A model generated the notes under the pieces. It was not told the DNA's origin. It saw only the letters and a list, made by a program, of their open reading frames with translations, and ran no database searches. Of a stretch of 64,000 bases of DNA, positions 10,351 through 27,186 are shown piece by piece; the stretch's first letter is position 1; each line of letters begins with the position of its first letter. The translations under genes were made by a program, and so were the position numbers. The stretch covers positions 1 to 64,000 of the forward strand of contig JAWARQ010000006.1 of assembly GCA_038893355.1 (NCBI GenBank), read 5' to 3'. The DNA comes from Sulfolobaceae archaeon. Its GTDB lineage: Archaea; Thermoproteota; Thermoprotei_A; Sulfolobales; Sulfolobaceae.

Positions 10351-13300
10351 ATGATGTCAGATAGTTATTTAACTGTTGATGATCGTTGGACTATAATAGA
10401 ATCTTACTTCAAATTGAAAGGGCTCGTTAGACAGCATTTAGATTCGTTTAATGATTTTCTAAGAAATAAATTACAAGAAATAATAGATGAACAAGGTGAA
10501 ATCACTACAGAGATTCCGGGGTTAAAGATAAAGTTAGGTAAAATAAGAGTTGGTGGCCCTGAAATAAGAGAAGCAGAAACTGGACCAAGACCTATAACAC
10601 CTATGGAAGCTAGGCTCAGGAACTTAACTTATGCAGCACCGTTATATCTTCAAATGATACCTATAGAGAATAATATTGAAGGTGAGCCGACTGAGGTTTA
10701 TATTGGAGATTTGCCTATAATGTTAAAATCAATTGCTGACCCTACATCTACACTTCCTCCAGAAAAACTAATTGAAATTGGAGAAGACCCTAGAGACCCA
10801 GGAGGGTATTTTATAGTTAATGGCTCTGAAAGGGTAATTGTAACCCAAGAGGACTTAGCAACTAATAGACCATTAGCAGATTATGGTAAACAAGGTTCTA
10901 ACGTTACACATTTAGTTAAGGTAATATCAGCCGCTGCTGGATATAGAGTACCGATTACTATAGAGAGATTAAAAGACGGGACAATTCATGTAAGTTTTAC
11001 TGCAGTTCCAGGAAGAATACCTTTAGTAATTATGATGAGGGCTTTGGGATTATTAACAGATAAAGAAATTACATATGCTGTATCCTTAGATCCTACAATT
11101 CAAACAGAATTACTACCATCATTAGAACAAGCAAGTTCTGTATCTACACAAGAAGACGCACTTGATTTCATCGGCAGCAGAATTGCTATAGGTCAAAAAA
11201 GAGAAGCAAGAATCCAGAAAGCAGAACAAATAATTGATAAGTATTTCTTACCACATATTGGGACTACTCCTAATGATAGAAGGAAAAAGGCGTACTATTT
11301 AGCTGCTGCAGTATGTAAATTGTTAGAATTATATCTAAAAAGAAGAGAACCAGATGATAAAGATCATTATGCTAATAAAAGATTAAAATTAGCCGGTGAA
11401 CTTTTCTCTTCCCTGTTTAGAGTGGCATTTAAGGCATTTGTAAAAGATCTCACTTATCAATTAGAGAGGTCAAAAGTAAGAGGAAGGAAGTTAGCATTAA
11501 ATGCTCTTGTAAGACCAGATATAATAACTGAAAGAATTAGACATGCATTAGCGACTGGTAATTGGGTAGGTGGAAGAACTGGAGTTAGTCAGCTATTAGA
11601 TAGGACTAATTGGATGTCAATGCTAAGCCATTTAAGAAGAGTAGTTTCGTCATTAGCAAGGGGCCAACCCAACTTTGAGGCAAGGGATCTTCATGGTACT
11701 CAATGGGGTAGAATGTGCCCATTTGAGACTCCAGAAGGACCTAATAGTGGATTAGTTAAGAATTTAGCCTTAATGGCGCAGATTTCAGTAGGAATAAATG
11801 AAAGAATAGTTGAAAAAGTTCTCTATGAGCTTGGTGTAGTTGATATAGAAAAGATCTTAGAAATGGCTAAACAAGAAGAAAAAGAGAAGGAAATTATTAA
11901 CTTTACAAAGTGGACGAAAGTATTTTTGAATGGAAGGCTAATAGGTTACTATCATGATGGTAAGGAATTAGCTGAAAAGATTAGAGAAAAGAGAAGACAT
12001 GGTGAATTAAGTGACGAAGTGAATGTTGCACATATTAAAACTGAATTCATAAATGAAGTTCATATAAATTGTGATGCTGGAAGAGTTAGAAGGCCTTTAA
12101 TAGTTGTTAAAGACGGTATACCATTAGTTACTAAGGATGATGTAGAAAAGCTAAAGGAAGGTAAGATAACTTTCGATGATTTAGTAAAACAGGGTAAGAT
12201 AGAGTATTTAGATGCAGAAGAGGAAGAAAATGCATATATTGCGATAGACCCCGAAAAGCTAACTAAAGAACATACGCATCTAGAAATATGGCCACCCTCG
12301 ATTTTAGGTATAACTGCATCACTTATACCATATCCTGAACATAATCAATCACCGAGAAACACTTATCAATCCGCAATGGCAAAACAGGCTTTAGGATTAT
12401 ATGCCGCAAATTATCAAATAAGAACTGATAGTAGATCACACTTGCTTCATTATCCTCAAAAGCCATTAGTTAAAACTAGGGCGATAGATGTTATAGGGTT
12501 TAATAACAGACCAGCTGGAAATAATGCAGTAATGGCAATAATGAGTTTTACTGGATATAATATGGAGGATGCAATAATAATGAATAAATCTTCTGTGGAA
12601 AGGGGAATGTATAGGTCTACATTCTTTAGATTATATTCAACAGAAGAAGCAAAGTATCCTGGTGGTCAAGAAGATAAGATCATGATACCAGAGGCAGGAG
12701 TTAAAGGATATAAAGGAAGCGAATATTATCGATTACTTGAGGATAATGGAGTAGTTCCACCAGAGGTTGAAGTAAAAGGTGGTGATGTCTTAATAGGTAA
12801 AGTTAGTCCACCTAGGTTTTTACAAGAGTTTAAAGAATTAGCACCAGAACAAGCAAAAAGAGATACTTCAGTTGTTATGAGGCATGGAGAGTCTGGAATA
12901 GTAGATCTAGTTCTCATAACAGAAACTGCAGATGGAAATAAGTTAGTAAAGGTTAGAGTAAGAGATTTGAGAATTCCTGAGATAGGAGATAAATTTGCAA
13001 CTAGACATGGACAAAAAGGTGTAATAGGTATCTTACTTTCTCAAGCAGATATGCCATATACTGTAAAGGGTATAGTACCAGATATTATTTTGAATCCTCA
13101 TGCATTACCGTCTAGAATGACTTTAGGGCAAATAATGGAAGGATTAGCTGGTAAATATGCAGCAGTAGCTGGTAAATACGTCGACGCTACACCATTTTAT
13201 AAAGTTCCAATAGAAAGTTTACAAGAGAGTCTCAAAAAGTTAGGTTATCTAGCAGATGGTACTGAAGTAGTGTACGATGGAAGGACAGGCCAAAAGGTTA

Positions 13301-13747
13301 AGGGTAGAATATATTTTGGTATAGTTTACTATATGAAATTACATCATATGGTTGCTGATAAGATGCATGCTAGGGCAAGGGGGCCCGTACAAATTCTAAC
13401 TAGACAGCCGACTGAAGGAAGGGCAAGGGAAGGTGGTTTGAGGTTTGGTGAAATGGAGAGGGACTGCCTTATAGGATTTGGTACTAGTATGATAATAAGG
13501 GATAGGTTATTAGATAATTCAGATAAAACTACTGTTTTCGTTTGTGAACAATGCGGATATATAGGTTGGTATGATAGAAATAAGAACAAGTATATTTGCC
13601 CTATACATGGTGATAAATCTACTTTATATCCGGTTACAGTGTCTTATGCATTTAAGCTCTTACTTCAAGAACTTATGAGTATGATAATTGCACCAAGATT
13701 AATTTTGGGCGATAAAATCTCCTTAAGTAAGGTAAAGGGTGGTAATA

Positions 13748-13755
<8 letters not shown>
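10351..13755 (+). CDS. rpoB: RNA polymerase subunit Rpo2 (B, unsplit)
   Basis: [28 protein letters not shown]. Confidence 0.98.
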
Positions 13756-17571
<3,816 letters not shown>

Positions 17572-17573
17572 AA

Positions 17574-17888
17574 TTGTCAGCTCAAACTTTTGAATCAGAG
17601 TTAAAATTACTACTAAAAACAGGAAAGGTAATAATTGGTTCTAAAAAGACGCTTAAAAGTTTAAAGTTAGGAAAGGTAAAGTTAGTAATAATAGCTTCTA
17701 CACTTCGTAGTGATTTAAAGGAAGATTTAAAATATTATGCGAAAATAGGAAATATACCAGTATACGAGTACCCTGGAAGTGGGTGGGATTTGGGAAAGCT
17801 TTGTGGTAAGCCATTTATGATATCAACAATAGGAGTTATAGATATTGGTGAGTCAAAGATACTTGATTTAATTCAGTCACAAGGGTGA
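17574..17888 (+). CDS. rpl30e: 50S ribosomal protein L30e
   Basis: [17 protein letters not shown]; conserved position after rpoA2. Confidence 0.95.
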   Translation: MSAQTFESELKLLLKTGKVIIGSKKTLKSLKLGKVKLVIIASTLRSDLKEDLKYYAKIGNIPVYEYPGSGWDLGKLCGKPFMISTIGVIDIGESKILDLIQSQG

Positions 17889-17892
17889 GAGT

Positions 17893-18324
17893 ATGCCGGA
17901 GGTCAAATTAACACCAGAAGAGTTAAAGTATATGTCACTTTTTCAAGATGTTACTAGGGTTACTGCAAGAGATTGTATAATAGACAAAGATAATGATAGA
18001 CTAATATTTTTAGTTAATCCTCAAGACATGGGTGCTGCAATAGGTAAGGGTGGTATCAATGTAAAAAGGTTAGAGAAGTTATTGGGAAAGATGATTGAAA
18101 TTGTAAGTTTTAGTGAAAATCTTGAAGAACTTGTAAAATACCTTATGGCTCCTGCTAGAGTTAGAGGTGTTAAGCTAATAAATTCAGATTCAAAGAAGGT
18201 TCTTTATGTAAGAGTCGATCCGCAAGATAAGGGTTTGGCAATAGGTAAAGGTGGTAGAAACGTTCTTAGGGCTAAGTTAGTGTTAAAAAGATATATGGAT
18301 ATAGACTCAGTAGTTATAGAGTGA
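17893..18324 (+). CDS. nusA: Archaeal NusA (KH-domain) transcription factor
   Basis: Two AIGKGG KH motifs; conserved synteny. Confidence 0.93.
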   Translation: MPEVKLTPEELKYMSLFQDVTRVTARDCIIDKDNDRLIFLVNPQDMGAAIGKGGINVKRLEKLLGKMIEIVSFSENLEELVKYLMAPARVRGVKLINSDSKKVLYVRVDPQDKGLAIGKGGRNVLRAKLVLKRYMDIDSVVIE

Positions 18325-18329
18325 TCTAA

Positions 18330-18770
18330 ATGGGTAAGAAGTCACCGAATGGATTATTTGCAGCTAGGAAATTAAGATTAAAGAGACTTAAATTCAGATG
18401 GTCACAAAGAAAGTTTAAGAGAAGAATGTTAAGATTAAAGGAAAAATACGATCCGCTAGGTAAAGCACCTATGGCTAGGGGAATAGTATTAGAGAAGGTT
18501 GGAATAGAGTCAAGACAACCAAATTCTGCGGTTAGGAAGTGTGTAAGGGTACAATTAGTTAAAAATGGTAGAGTTGTAACTGCATTTGTACCGGGCGATG
18601 GTGGTGTAAATTTTATTGATGAACATGATGAGGTTATAATTGAGGGAATCGGTGGTACTTTAGGAAGATCAATGGGTGATTTACCTGGAGTTAGATATAA
18701 GGTAGTAATGGTAAATGGAGTATCACTAGATGCATTATATAAAGGTAAAAAGCAAAAGCCGGTAAGATAG
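18330..18770 (+). CDS. rps12: 30S ribosomal protein S12
   Basis: [24 protein letters not shown]. Confidence 0.97.
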   Translation: MGKKSPNGLFAARKLRLKRLKFRWSQRKFKRRMLRLKEKYDPLGKAPMARGIVLEKVGIESRQPNSAVRKCVRVQLVKNGRVVTAFVPGDGGVNFIDEHDEVIIEGIGGTLGRSMGDLPGVRYKVVMVNGVSLDALYKGKKQKPVR

Positions 18771-18775
18771 TTTTC

Positions 18776-19273
18776 CTATCTTCTAACTTCTCTAGACTCC
18801 CTTTCTTGTTCATCTACGAGTTCTTTTTTAATAAATATAGGCCTTTCACCTAAAATCGCTAAATATATTGCATGACTTGGGATCATCCTTCTCTCTATTA
18901 TTATCCCGTCAAACTTCAGCTCAACTGTTGCAACATAAACTCCATATTCTCTTATTATATCATTCACAATTACTTTTTCTATTCTTTTATTAATTATTTC
19001 TTTAATTTCACTTATATTCTCTAAAATTTCATAAATACTATCTCTTTTGTTACCCTCTTGCATTTCTTCATAACCTCTTACACCTAATATTCTATTTATT
19101 GAAATTACAATTTCTGGAGGCACGTGGAATAGATAAAATTGCCTACCGTCTTCTAGATAACATACTATAACCGGGACTGAATTTATTGGATAAAAGAATG
19201 CCTCTACTTTCTCTACCTTTATATATTCATCATTTTCAAATCCTTTCATATTATTCTGAATCTTGTCACACAA
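18776..19273 (-). CDS. Bifunctional nuclease family protein (DUF151)
   Basis: EKVIVND...VYVATVEL...PSHAIYLAIL..PIFI motif pattern. Confidence 0.7.
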   Translation of the reverse strand: MCDKIQNNMKGFENDEYIKVEKVEAFFYPINSVPVIVCYLEDGRQFYLFHVPPEIVISINRILGVRGYEEMQEGNKRDSIYEILENISEIKEIINKRIEKVIVNDIIREYGVYVATVELKFDGIIIERRMIPSHAIYLAILGERPIFIKKELVDEQERESREVRR

Positions 19274-19321
19274 ACTATTTAATCTTATAACAAAAAGACT
19301 ATAGAAAGAGTTGAAGTTCGC

Positions 19322-19897
19322 ATGAGCGAAATGGATTCGGAGATTAAGGTGTTTAATAAATGGTCTACTAATGTTGAAATAAGGGATCCTAGTCTTAAGA
19401 AATATATTTGCGTTTCACCAGTATACTATCCTCATTCTGGTGGAAGGCATGAACATAGAAGATTTGGTAAAGCTAAAGTGTCTATAGTGGAGAGATTAAT
19501 AAATCAATTAATGAGGCCAGGTAGGAATAAGGGTAAAAAGATGTTAGCAACTAATATTGTAAAGATGGCATTTGAAATTATTCATGCAAGAACTGGTCAA
19601 AATCCTATTCAAGTCTTAGTTAGGGCTATTGAGAATGCGGCACCGAGGGAGGAGGTTACTAGAATAATGTATGGTGGTATAGTTTATTATGTTGCAGTAG
19701 ATGTTTCCCCACAAAGAAGAGTGGATTTAGCATTAAGGCATATTGTATTAGGTGCTAGAGGTGCTTCATTTAATAATCCTAAGCCTATAGACGAGGCTCT
19801 AGCTGAAGAAATAATTGCGGCTGCAAATAATGATCCTAAAAGTTTTGCTATAAGGAGAAAAGAAGAAATTGAAAGAATAGCATTGAGCTCTAGATGA
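19322..19897 (+). CDS. rps7: 30S ribosomal protein S7
   Basis: [25 protein letters not shown]. Confidence 0.97.
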   Translation: MSEMDSEIKVFNKWSTNVEIRDPSLKKYICVSPVYYPHSGGRHEHRRFGKAKVSIVERLINQLMRPGRNKGKKMLATNIVKMAFEIIHARTGQNPIQVLVRAIENAAPREEVTRIMYGGIVYYVAVDVSPQRRVDLALRHIVLGARGASFNNPKPIDEALAEEIIAAANNDPKSFAIRRKEEIERIALSSR

Positions 19898-19947
19898 GCT
19901 AAACTTTATATTACCATTATTTTAAAAACGATAGGAGTGATAAAATA

Positions 19948-21255
19948 ATGTCTCAAAAACCACATCTTAATTTAATAATTATAGGGCATGTCGACCATGG
20001 AAAGAGTACATTGGTCGGTAGGTTACTATATGAGCGAGGTTTTATAGATGAGAAAACTCTAAAAGAAGCAGAAGAGGCCGCTAAAAAGTTAGGAAAAGAG
20101 TCAGAGAAATATGCGTTCCTTTTAGATAGATTAAAGGAGGAGAGGGAAAGAGGTTTAACAATTAGCTTATCCTTTATGAAGTTTGAAACAAAGAAATACT
20201 TCTTTACAATAATTGATGCTCCAGGTCATAGGGACTTCGTAAAGAATATGATAACTGGAGCTAGTCAGGCTGATGCTGCAATCCTAGCAGTATCTGCAAG
20301 AAAAGGTGAGTTTGAGGCTGGAATGAGCGCAGAAGGTCAGACTAGGGAGCATATCATACTTGCAAGGACTATGGGTATTGATCAAATAATTGTTGCAGTG
20401 ACTAAGATGGATGCAACAGAACCACCATATGATGAAAAGAGATACAAAGAGATCGTCGATGTAATAAGCAAGTTCATGAAGCAATTCGGCTTCAATATGA
20501 ATAAGGTAAAGTTTGTTCCAGTTGTTGGGCTTACTGGTGAGAATGTTACTAAGAGGTCTGAAAATATGAAGTGGTACAATGGGCCTATACTTGAGGAGTT
20601 ATTAGATGCATTAGAAATACCGCCTAAACCTATTGATAAACCTTTAAGAATACCGGTTCAAGAGGTATATTCAATCTCTGGTGTAGGTACTGTTCCTGTT
20701 GGAAGAGTTGAGAGTGGTGTATTGAAAGTAGGTGATAAGGTAGTATTTATGCCAATAGGCAAGATAGGCGAAGTGAGGTCAATTGAAACTCATCATACCA
20801 AGTTGGAGAAAGCAGAGCCTGGCGATAATATTGGATTTAACGTAAGAGGTGTTGAAAAGAAGGATATAAAGAGGGGCGATGTTGTAGGTCATCCTACTAA
20901 TCCTCCAACTGTTGCTGATGAATTCACTGCAAGAATAATTGTAATATGGCATCCAAGTGCAATTGGTGTAGGATATACACCAGTTGTTCACGTTCACACT
21001 GCAAGTATTGCATGCAGGATAACTGAAATAGTGTCTAAGATAGACCCGAGAACTGGTAAAGAATTAGAAAAGAATCCACAGTTTATTAAGCAAGGAGATG
21101 TTGCAATTGTAAAGATGAAACCAATAAAGCAATTAGTTGTAGAGAAGTTTAACGAGTTCCCTGCATTAGGTAGGTTTGCAATGAGGGATATGGGTAAGAC
21201 AGTTGGTGTTGGAGTTATCATTGATGTGAAGCCTGCAAAAGTTGAGATTAAATAA
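19948..21255 (+). CDS. tuf: Translation elongation factor EF-1 alpha
   Basis: [27 protein letters not shown]. Confidence 0.98.
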   Translation: MSQKPHLNLIIIGHVDHGKSTLVGRLLYERGFIDEKTLKEAEEAAKKLGKESEKYAFLLDRLKEERERGLTISLSFMKFETKKYFFTIIDAPGHRDFVKNMITGASQADAAILAVSARKGEFEAGMSAEGQTREHIILARTMGIDQIIVAVTKMDATEPPYDEKRYKEIVDVISKFMKQFGFNMNKVKFVPVVGLTGENVTKRSENMKWYNGPILEELLDALEIPPKPIDKPLRIPVQEVYSISGVGTVPVGRVESGVLKVGDKVVFMPIGKIGEVRSIETHHTKLEKAEPGDNIGFNVRGVEKKDIKRGDVVGHPTNPPTVADEFTARIIVIWHPSAIGVGYTPVVHVHTASIACRITEIVSKIDPRTGKELEKNPQFIKQGDVAIVKMKPIKQLVVEKFNEFPALGRFAMRDMGKTVGVGVIIDVKPAKVEIK

Positions 21256-21269
21256 TTTTTGGTGTTTTT

Positions 21270-21578
21270 ATGCCTAATAAGGCTAGAATAAGGCTATGGA
21301 GTACTAATGTTCGGAATTTAGAAAGTGTAGTTAATCAAATAAAGGCTATTGTTCAGAAGACTGGAGTTGCTATGAGTGGTCCAATTCCTCTTCCTACTTC
21401 TAGAATTGAGGTACCAGTAATGAAATTACCACATGGAGAAGGTAGGAAAAAATGGGAACATTGGGAGATGAGGGTGCATAAAAGGATTATTGATATTGCT
21501 GCTGATGAAAGGGTTATGAGGCAATTAATGAGGGTTAGAGTTCCTGAAGATGTTTATATAGAGATTGAGCTAATATAA
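21270..21578 (+). CDS. rps10: 30S ribosomal protein S10
   Basis: [19 protein letters not shown]. Confidence 0.97.
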   Translation: MPNKARIRLWSTNVRNLESVVNQIKAIVQKTGVAMSGPIPLPTSRIEVPVMKLPHGEGRKKWEHWEMRVHKRIIDIAADERVMRQLMRVRVPEDVYIEIELI

Positions 21579-21608
21579 TTTTTAAGTTTGTGTTGATTTC
21601 TTTTTATT

Positions 21609-21692
21609 GCCGGGGTGCCCGAGCGGACTAAGGGGCTGGCCTGGAGAGCCAGTGGGGGTTTCCCCGCGCGGGTTCAAATCCCGCCCCCGGCG
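21609..21692 (+). tRNA. tRNA-Ser(GGA)
   Basis: GCCGGGGTGCCCGAGCGGACTAAGGGGCTGGCCT-GGA-GAGCCAG...GGTTCAAATCCCGCCCCCGGCG with long variable arm. Confidence 0.95.
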
Positions 21693-21821
21693 CTATAGTT
21701 TTTTCTTTATTTCACTAATCCTCTACTTTCTCTCCCTTAATATTTTAAATTTTCTCTATAACTATTTGCTGTTTAAATTACATTGAATTTTTTATCAAAG
21801 ATGATTTATAATCGCTTAGAA

Positions 21822-22349
21822 ATGTCTGTGATAACAGTAACTGGCATAGATGATGGATACTTTCCATTAAATCATAAGGGCAGAAAAGGTTATGCCCCAT
21901 TAGTAAGTGTGATATATGAAGATTTCGATCTAGTTGAGATTGATTATTCTCTAATATTAGTAGATGGTGAAGATGCTACAGATAAGTTAAGGTCAATGAA
22001 TAAAAGGGGTTATGTAATTTTAGATGGAGTAATTTTTGGTGGATTCAATTATGTTAAACCAGAACCTAACTGGATAGTCTTTTACTCAAAAAGGCCTAAT
22101 ATAATTGAGATAGAGAGAGCATTATTAAAGCATTTTAGTAAAGATCAGGATAGGATATTTACTATCTTAAATATTCTTAAAAATTTAAGGTCTATTACTT
22201 CAAGAAAAGGTACTATATATGTATATACTAGCCTAGAATTATCTGAGGCATCTCGTGTGATTTCCCACTATCAGATTTTTAGCAAACGCCCAGAACCATT
22301 AAGAACTGCACATGTTATAGCTTCTGCGATCGGCAAGCTTTTATTCTAA
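21822..22349 (+). CDS. DUF99 family protein (endonuclease V-like)
   Basis: GIDDG, VDGEDAT, LDGVIFGGFN, PEPLRTAHVIA. Confidence 0.8.
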   Translation: MSVITVTGIDDGYFPLNHKGRKGYAPLVSVIYEDFDLVEIDYSLILVDGEDATDKLRSMNKRGYVILDGVIFGGFNYVKPEPNWIVFYSKRPNIIEIERALLKHFSKDQDRIFTILNILKNLRSITSRKGTIYVYTSLELSEASRVISHYQIFSKRPEPLRTAHVIASAIGKLLF

Positions 22350-22353
22350 TCTA

Positions 22354-22872
22354 CTATCTATCTGTTCCTACTATTTCCCTTAATCTTTCATCCCCTTTTA
22401 TTCTTTTAATAAATTCGTATACGGCTCTAGGGACATATTTTGACCAATCTTCTCCAGTTATTATTAACCTTCTAATATGGGTCGAACTATAGAATTCTCT
22501 ATTAAATGCTGGGGGTATTCTAACCTCATATCCTGCTTCCTTAAATAGTCTTATAACTAGTGGATTTCTAGCAAATACTATATTGAAAGTTGGAGTATAT
22601 ATTCTTACGTGATGTACCCAGACACTATTCATCAGTATATCTGGTATAGGAATTATATATATTTTATCCATTGATATATTCTCTTCTTTTAAAGTTAGTT
22701 TTATCATTTCTATTCTCTCTCCTGCAGTAAATGGATTCATTAATGTATGACTTTCTTGTGAACTACCTACAAGAATAATTAGTTCATCAACTTGTTCTAA
22801 GGCCCATTTTACTACATTTAAATGCCCTAAATGGAATGGCTGAAATCTTCCTGGGTAAAGACCTCTAAGCAT
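22354..22872 (-). CDS. nadM: Nicotinamide-nucleotide adenylyltransferase
   Basis: [21 protein letters not shown]. Confidence 0.93.
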   Translation of the reverse strand: MLRGLYPGRFQPFHLGHLNVVKWALEQVDELIILVGSSQESHTLMNPFTAGERIEMIKLTLKEENISMDKIYIIPIPDILMNSVWVHHVRIYTPTFNIVFARNPLVIRLFKEAGYEVRIPPAFNREFYSSTHIRRLIITGEDWSKYVPRAVYEFIKRIKGDERLREIVGTDR

Positions 22873-23627
22873 ATTTCTTCACCCTCTTTGATTCCTAATA
22901 TTTTTTGAGCATTTCCCATGTTAACACCTATCTCAAGAAATCCATACCCGTTTTCATATATGATTAATTCATTTTCTCCTCCATCTGAAAAAGTCCTAAC
23001 TCTCCTCATTATTCTCTCATTATATTTCGCTAAACTAAATCTTATATCCTTCCCCTTAACTGAAAGTGCAATATTACCGAAGTGGTCTATATAAATTACC
23101 TTAGCACATAATCTTTTATTATTAAAGCTATAATTGTATTCTAATTGCACTAATTCACTAGGATCTATCTTTTCACCAAAGATTTGCATATCAACCTTTC
23201 TAGATAATAATGCAGCTGCTACGCAAAAAATATCCCTTCCGTGAAATGTATTAGAAATTTCTCTACTTAAGAAAATTTTAGGGTTAGATATTGTTCTAAC
23301 TTCTATAATACCGTCCTCATATGCTGAAGGGTATAATATACCATTATCCGGACCTACGAAATAATAATTATTAGTTCTTATCACTATTGCCCTCCTTTTA
23401 CTTCCAACCCCAGGATCTACTATGGCTAGAAATATTGTATTCTTCTTGAAATACTTATATGAGGTATAAAGTAAGTAAGCCCCAGCGTAAATGTTAAACG
23501 GTTTTACTTCGGGGGATATGTATATTATATCGACCTCTGGATTAATTTTCTTAATTACTGCTTCTAATACTGCATTGTAATTATCTGAAACTCCATAATC
23601 TGTTAGAATGCCTATGATTCTTCTCAT
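22827..23627 (-). CDS. SAM hydroxide adenosyltransferase (DUF62, chlorinase/fluorinase family)
   Basis: [32 protein letters not shown]. Confidence 0.9.
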   Translation of the reverse strand: MRRIIGILTDYGVSDNYNAVLEAVIKKINPEVDIIYISPEVKPFNIYAGAYLLYTSYKYFKKNTIFLAIVDPGVGSKRRAIVIRTNNYYFVGPDNGILYPSAYEDGIIEVRTISNPKIFLSREISNTFHGRDIFCVAAALLSRKVDMQIFGEKIDPSELVQLEYNYSFNNKRLCAKVIYIDHFGNIALSVKGKDIRFSLAKYNERIMRRVRTFSDGGENELIIYENGYGFLEIGVNMGNAQKILGIKEGEEICLEVFTQEDFSHSI

Positions 23628-24151
23628 CTACTCTCAAGAAGTAATTCTAAATAGGATTTCAAAGTTTTTTGCCCCTTTATGTTAAATCTTTTTAGAAGAT
23701 TTTCAGTAAAGTTTAATAATTCATCTTCACTTACGCTTATTCCCTCGACTTCTAAAAAACTACCTAAACCTTCAACATAATCTAATGAAATTAAAAAATT
23801 CTCTTTTTTAAAATTTTTTCTAATTTTTTTTATTCTTATAACTTTATAAAATCCTATTTTTTCTAATATTTTATCAATAGCCTTATAATCTGAAATTCTG
23901 CACGTTATCTCTTCTCTAACCTTAGATCTTGATGAAATTTTAGGCCCTTTATATGTAAGTTCTATTATACTATCGTTAATTATCCTTAGCCTTAAAGCTT
24001 CATCAGTTACCTTAAAATCTCTATATATACTATTATAGTAAATATCTTCTTGAATTTCTTCACCAAGATATTTAAAGTTTTTCTTAAACTCTTCTTCTAA
24101 AATACTTAACTCTGGTGAATTAATCTTTATTTTTATTTCACTCTCTATCAT
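23624..24151 (-). CDS. CYTH-domain triphosphatase / class IV adenylate cyclase family
   Basis: ESEIK (ExExK), DEALRLR, LTYKGPK, FLEVE. Confidence 0.85.
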   Translation of the reverse strand: MIESEIKIKINSPELSILEEEFKKNFKYLGEEIQEDIYYNSIYRDFKVTDEALRLRIINDSIIELTYKGPKISSRSKVREEITCRISDYKAIDKILEKIGFYKVIRIKKIRKNFKKENFLISLDYVEGLGSFLEVEGISVSEDELLNFTENLLKRFNIKGQKTLKSYLELLLESR

Positions 24152-24156
24152 AACTA

Positions 24157-25155
24157 ATGGATATTAATGAGTATTTAAAAAAGTATGAACGTATATTTGA
24201 GATAAGAATTAGTGAGTATTCCACTAAAATTGCAGAAAAGTGGGGATATTTACCTTACATGATCGAAAGATATAATGAACTCTTTGGCAATGGGCTTTTT
24301 GATTTTCTTAGATCATGCGAAGTCCCTCTCCCTAGATCCATCAGATGCAATGATTTAAAAATAGATTGTGAGAAATTAGTAAATAGATTAGATGAAAAAG
24401 GTTTTAAACTTGAAAAAATTTACTGGCTGAAACACGGTTATAAGGTTATCAGTAAACCAAAATCCCCAACCTTGGGTGCAACCATAGAATATTTACTAGG
24501 ATTTTATCATATTCAAGGAATATCATCTATGATTCCACCATATTTATTAGAACCAAAGCAAGGAGAGCTTATTTTAGATCTAGCAGCTGCGCCAGGGAGT
24601 AAGACGACCCAGTTATCCCAATTAATGAGAAATGAAGGTATAGTTATAGCAGTTGAAAAAAATCCTAAAAGAATAAGATCATTAATCTCTAATATTAATA
24701 GACTAGGATGCAAGAATGTAATAGTAGTACTAGATGATGCTACTGGACTTAAGCTAGGAACGAGTGTAGATAAAATACTTCTTGATGCTCCTTGTTCTGG
24801 AGAGGGTATTATAATGTTTGATAGGAGTAGAAAAACTAAAACACCTATAACTAAACTTAGAGATTTTTCTTCATTACAACTTAAATTGTTAAAAAATGCT
24901 TATAATTTACTTAAAGATGATGGTTTATTAGTATATTCTACATGTAGCATTGCCCCCGAGGAGAACGAGTTGGTAGTTAATTATGCAATTGAGGAGTTAG
25001 GTATGGAGGTAGTTAAGGTAAACTGGTTTCCACACGAGAATGGTATTGAAGAATACTTTAACATAAAATTCTCTCCATCAGTAAAAAATTGTAGTAGAAT
25101 GTATCCCCATATACATGGTACTGAAGGGTTTTTTATATGCCTTTTGAAGAAATAG
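24157..25155 (+). CDS. RsmB/NOL1/NOP2/Sun RNA m5C methyltransferase
   Basis: LDLAAAPGSKT, LLDAPCSG, VYSTCS..EENE. Confidence 0.92.
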   Translation: MDINEYLKKYERIFEIRISEYSTKIAEKWGYLPYMIERYNELFGNGLFDFLRSCEVPLPRSIRCNDLKIDCEKLVNRLDEKGFKLEKIYWLKHGYKVISKPKSPTLGATIEYLLGFYHIQGISSMIPPYLLEPKQGELILDLAAAPGSKTTQLSQLMRNEGIVIAVEKNPKRIRSLISNINRLGCKNVIVVLDDATGLKLGTSVDKILLDAPCSGEGIIMFDRSRKTKTPITKLRDFSSLQLKLLKNAYNLLKDDGLLVYSTCSIAPEENELVVNYAIEELGMEVVKVNWFPHENGIEEYFNIKFSPSVKNCSRMYPHIHGTEGFFICLLKK

Positions 25156-25610
25156 ATAAAGAAAAAATATATGAAATAATAAATGACATTTCAAGTAAAT
25201 TAAATTGTAATTTTGATTTAACTATATTTAATAATAAAATATTTTTAAAATTTTCAAAATATATTATGATTTTTAAAAATGAAAATGAAATTTTGAATAA
25301 AATTGATAAGGAAAAGTTAATTAGTTGTGGAATAATTTTTGCGATACTCACAAAAAGGGATGGAGTTTTACCATTTATATCAATTTCTGATATTTTAATA
25401 AATAGCTGTAAAAATAAATTAATTTTACCTGAAAAATTAGCTGAAAAATTAACTTATGGTAAAAAAATTATATTAAAAGAAAAACTAAATAATGGATATT
25501 ATATTGTACTAACTAAAAAGGGCGATTTTATTGGAATTGTGAAAGTAAGAAGAGAAAAGGAGATAATACCAATTTTAGATATAGGTTGGTATTTAAGGAG
25601 AGGCGGGTAG
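25137..25610 (+). CDS. NIP7-like / PUA-domain ribosome biogenesis protein
   Basis: C-terminal PILDIGWYLRRGG; coupled to the m5C methyltransferase. Confidence 0.7.
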   Translation: MPFEEIDKEKIYEIINDISSKLNCNFDLTIFNNKIFLKFSKYIMIFKNENEILNKIDKEKLISCGIIFAILTKRDGVLPFISISDILINSCKNKLILPEKLAEKLTYGKKIILKEKLNNGYYIVLTKKGDFIGIVKVRREKEIIPILDIGWYLRRGG

Positions 25611-25653
25611 ATATATATTTTAGAAGAAGTATAAAAATTTTAGGTGAGGAGTA

Positions 25654-26637
25654 TTGGCTAGTAATAATTCAGATGAAAAAAAGGCTGTAAAGGTAAAGAG
25701 TATTGCAGAACTACCTGGTGTTGGTCAAAGTATATTAAATAAATTAACTGAAGCAGGTTATACTACATTAGAATCATTAGCAGTTGCAACTCCACAAGAT
25801 CTTAGTGTTGCTGCTGGAATTCCTTTAAGTACGGCTCAAAGAATCATAAAAGAAGCTAGAGCAGCACTTGACATAAGGTTCAAGACGGCTTTAGAGATAA
25901 AGAAGGAAAGAATGGGTGTAAAGAAAATTACTACTGGAAGTCAAGCACTAGATGGACTACTTGGAGGTGGAATTGAAACTAGAACAATGACTGAATTCTT
26001 TGGTGAATTTGGAAGTGGAAAGACACAGATATGCCATCAGTTAAGCGTTAATGTACAATTGCCACCAGAAAAAGGAGGATTATCTGGTAAGGCTGTCTAC
26101 ATAGATACTGAGGGTACGTTTAGATGGGAAAGGATTGAGTCGATGGCTAAAGGAGTGGGTCTAGAAGCGGATCAAGTTATGAATAATATTTATTATATGA
26201 GGGCTATCAATACTGACCATCAAATTGCAATTGTAGAAGATTTACAAGAATTAATTGGAAAAGACCCATCAATTAAACTAGTAATAGTAGATTCTGTTAC
26301 ATCTCACTTTAGGGCGGAATATCCGGGTAGAGAAAATTTAGCAGTGAGACAGCAAAAGTTGAATAGGCATTTACATCAGCTTGTAAGGTTAGCAGAAATT
26401 TATGATTTAGCAGTAGTCGTTACGAACCAGGTAATGGCAAGACCAGATATGTTTTATGGTGATCCTACAATTGCTGTTGGAGGTCATACATTATACCATG
26501 TTCCTGGAATTAGAGTCCAATTGAAAAAGAGTAGAGGAAATAGAAGAATTGCTAGAATAGTTGATGCACCACATTTACCAGAGGGCGAAGTAGTTTTTGC
26601 AATAACTGAAGAAGGAGTTAGAGATGCAGAAGATTAA
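25654..26637 (+). CDS. radA: DNA repair and recombination protein RadA
   Basis: GEFGSGKTQ Walker [14 protein letters not shown] oligomerisation motif. Confidence 0.97.
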   Translation: MASNNSDEKKAVKVKSIAELPGVGQSILNKLTEAGYTTLESLAVATPQDLSVAAGIPLSTAQRIIKEARAALDIRFKTALEIKKERMGVKKITTGSQALDGLLGGGIETRTMTEFFGEFGSGKTQICHQLSVNVQLPPEKGGLSGKAVYIDTEGTFRWERIESMAKGVGLEADQVMNNIYYMRAINTDHQIAIVEDLQELIGKDPSIKLVIVDSVTSHFRAEYPGRENLAVRQQKLNRHLHQLVRLAEIYDLAVVVTNQVMARPDMFYGDPTIAVGGHTLYHVPGIRVQLKKSRGNRRIARIVDAPHLPEGEVVFAITEEGVRDAED

Positions 26638-26664
26638 TTATGTTTTACAATTTAAAAAGAAACC

Positions 26665-27186
26665 ATGAATATACTTTGGGCACCTTGGAGGTTAAAGTAC
26701 ATACTTTCTAGTGCTTCTAAGAGAATGGAAGAGTGCTTATTCTGTCGTGTATTAAAGGAGAATGATGATAGGAAAAATTATATAGTGTATAGAGGTAAAC
26801 TTTCATACATAATTTTAAATGCTTTTCCTTATAATCCCGGTCACGTTATGGTAGTTCCCTATAGACATGTCCCGACATTAGAACTTTTAGACGATAATGA
26901 AGGATTAGAATTATTTCAACTAGTTCAATTAAGTTTGAAAGTATTAAGAGAAGTTTATAATCCTGATGGATTTAATATTGGAGTTAATATTGGAAAAGTA
27001 GCTGGTGCTGGAATAGAGTCGCATGTACATATTCATATAGTACCGCGTTGGAGCGGTGATACAAATTTTATGCCAGTTTTTGGTAATGTAAAGGTAATAC
27101 CGGAAGCTTTAGAAGATACATATGAAAAAATAAAGAAGGTTATAGATGAAAAAATGATGAAGCCCTCGAATACTGAAATGAGATGA
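26665..27186 (+). CDS. HIT family hydrolase
   Basis: [20 protein letters not shown]. Confidence 0.92.
   Translation: MNILWAPWRLKYILSSASKRMEECLFCRVLKENDDRKNYIVYRGKLSYIILNAFPYNPGHVMVVPYRHVPTLELLDDNEGLELFQLVQLSLKVLREVYNPDGFNIGVNIGKVAGAGIESHVHIHIVPRWSGDTNFMPVFGNVKVIPEALEDTYEKIKKVIDEKMMKPSNTEMR

Noticed and set aside
19898-19947. Absence of EF-2 (fusA) between rps7 and tuf, and an unsplit rpoB
   Set aside because: Known gene arrangement for Sulfolobales; not novel.
25654-26637. Possible intein in RadA or the RNA polymerase subunits
   Set aside because: Protein lengths are normal and no insertion with intein terminal motifs is seen.
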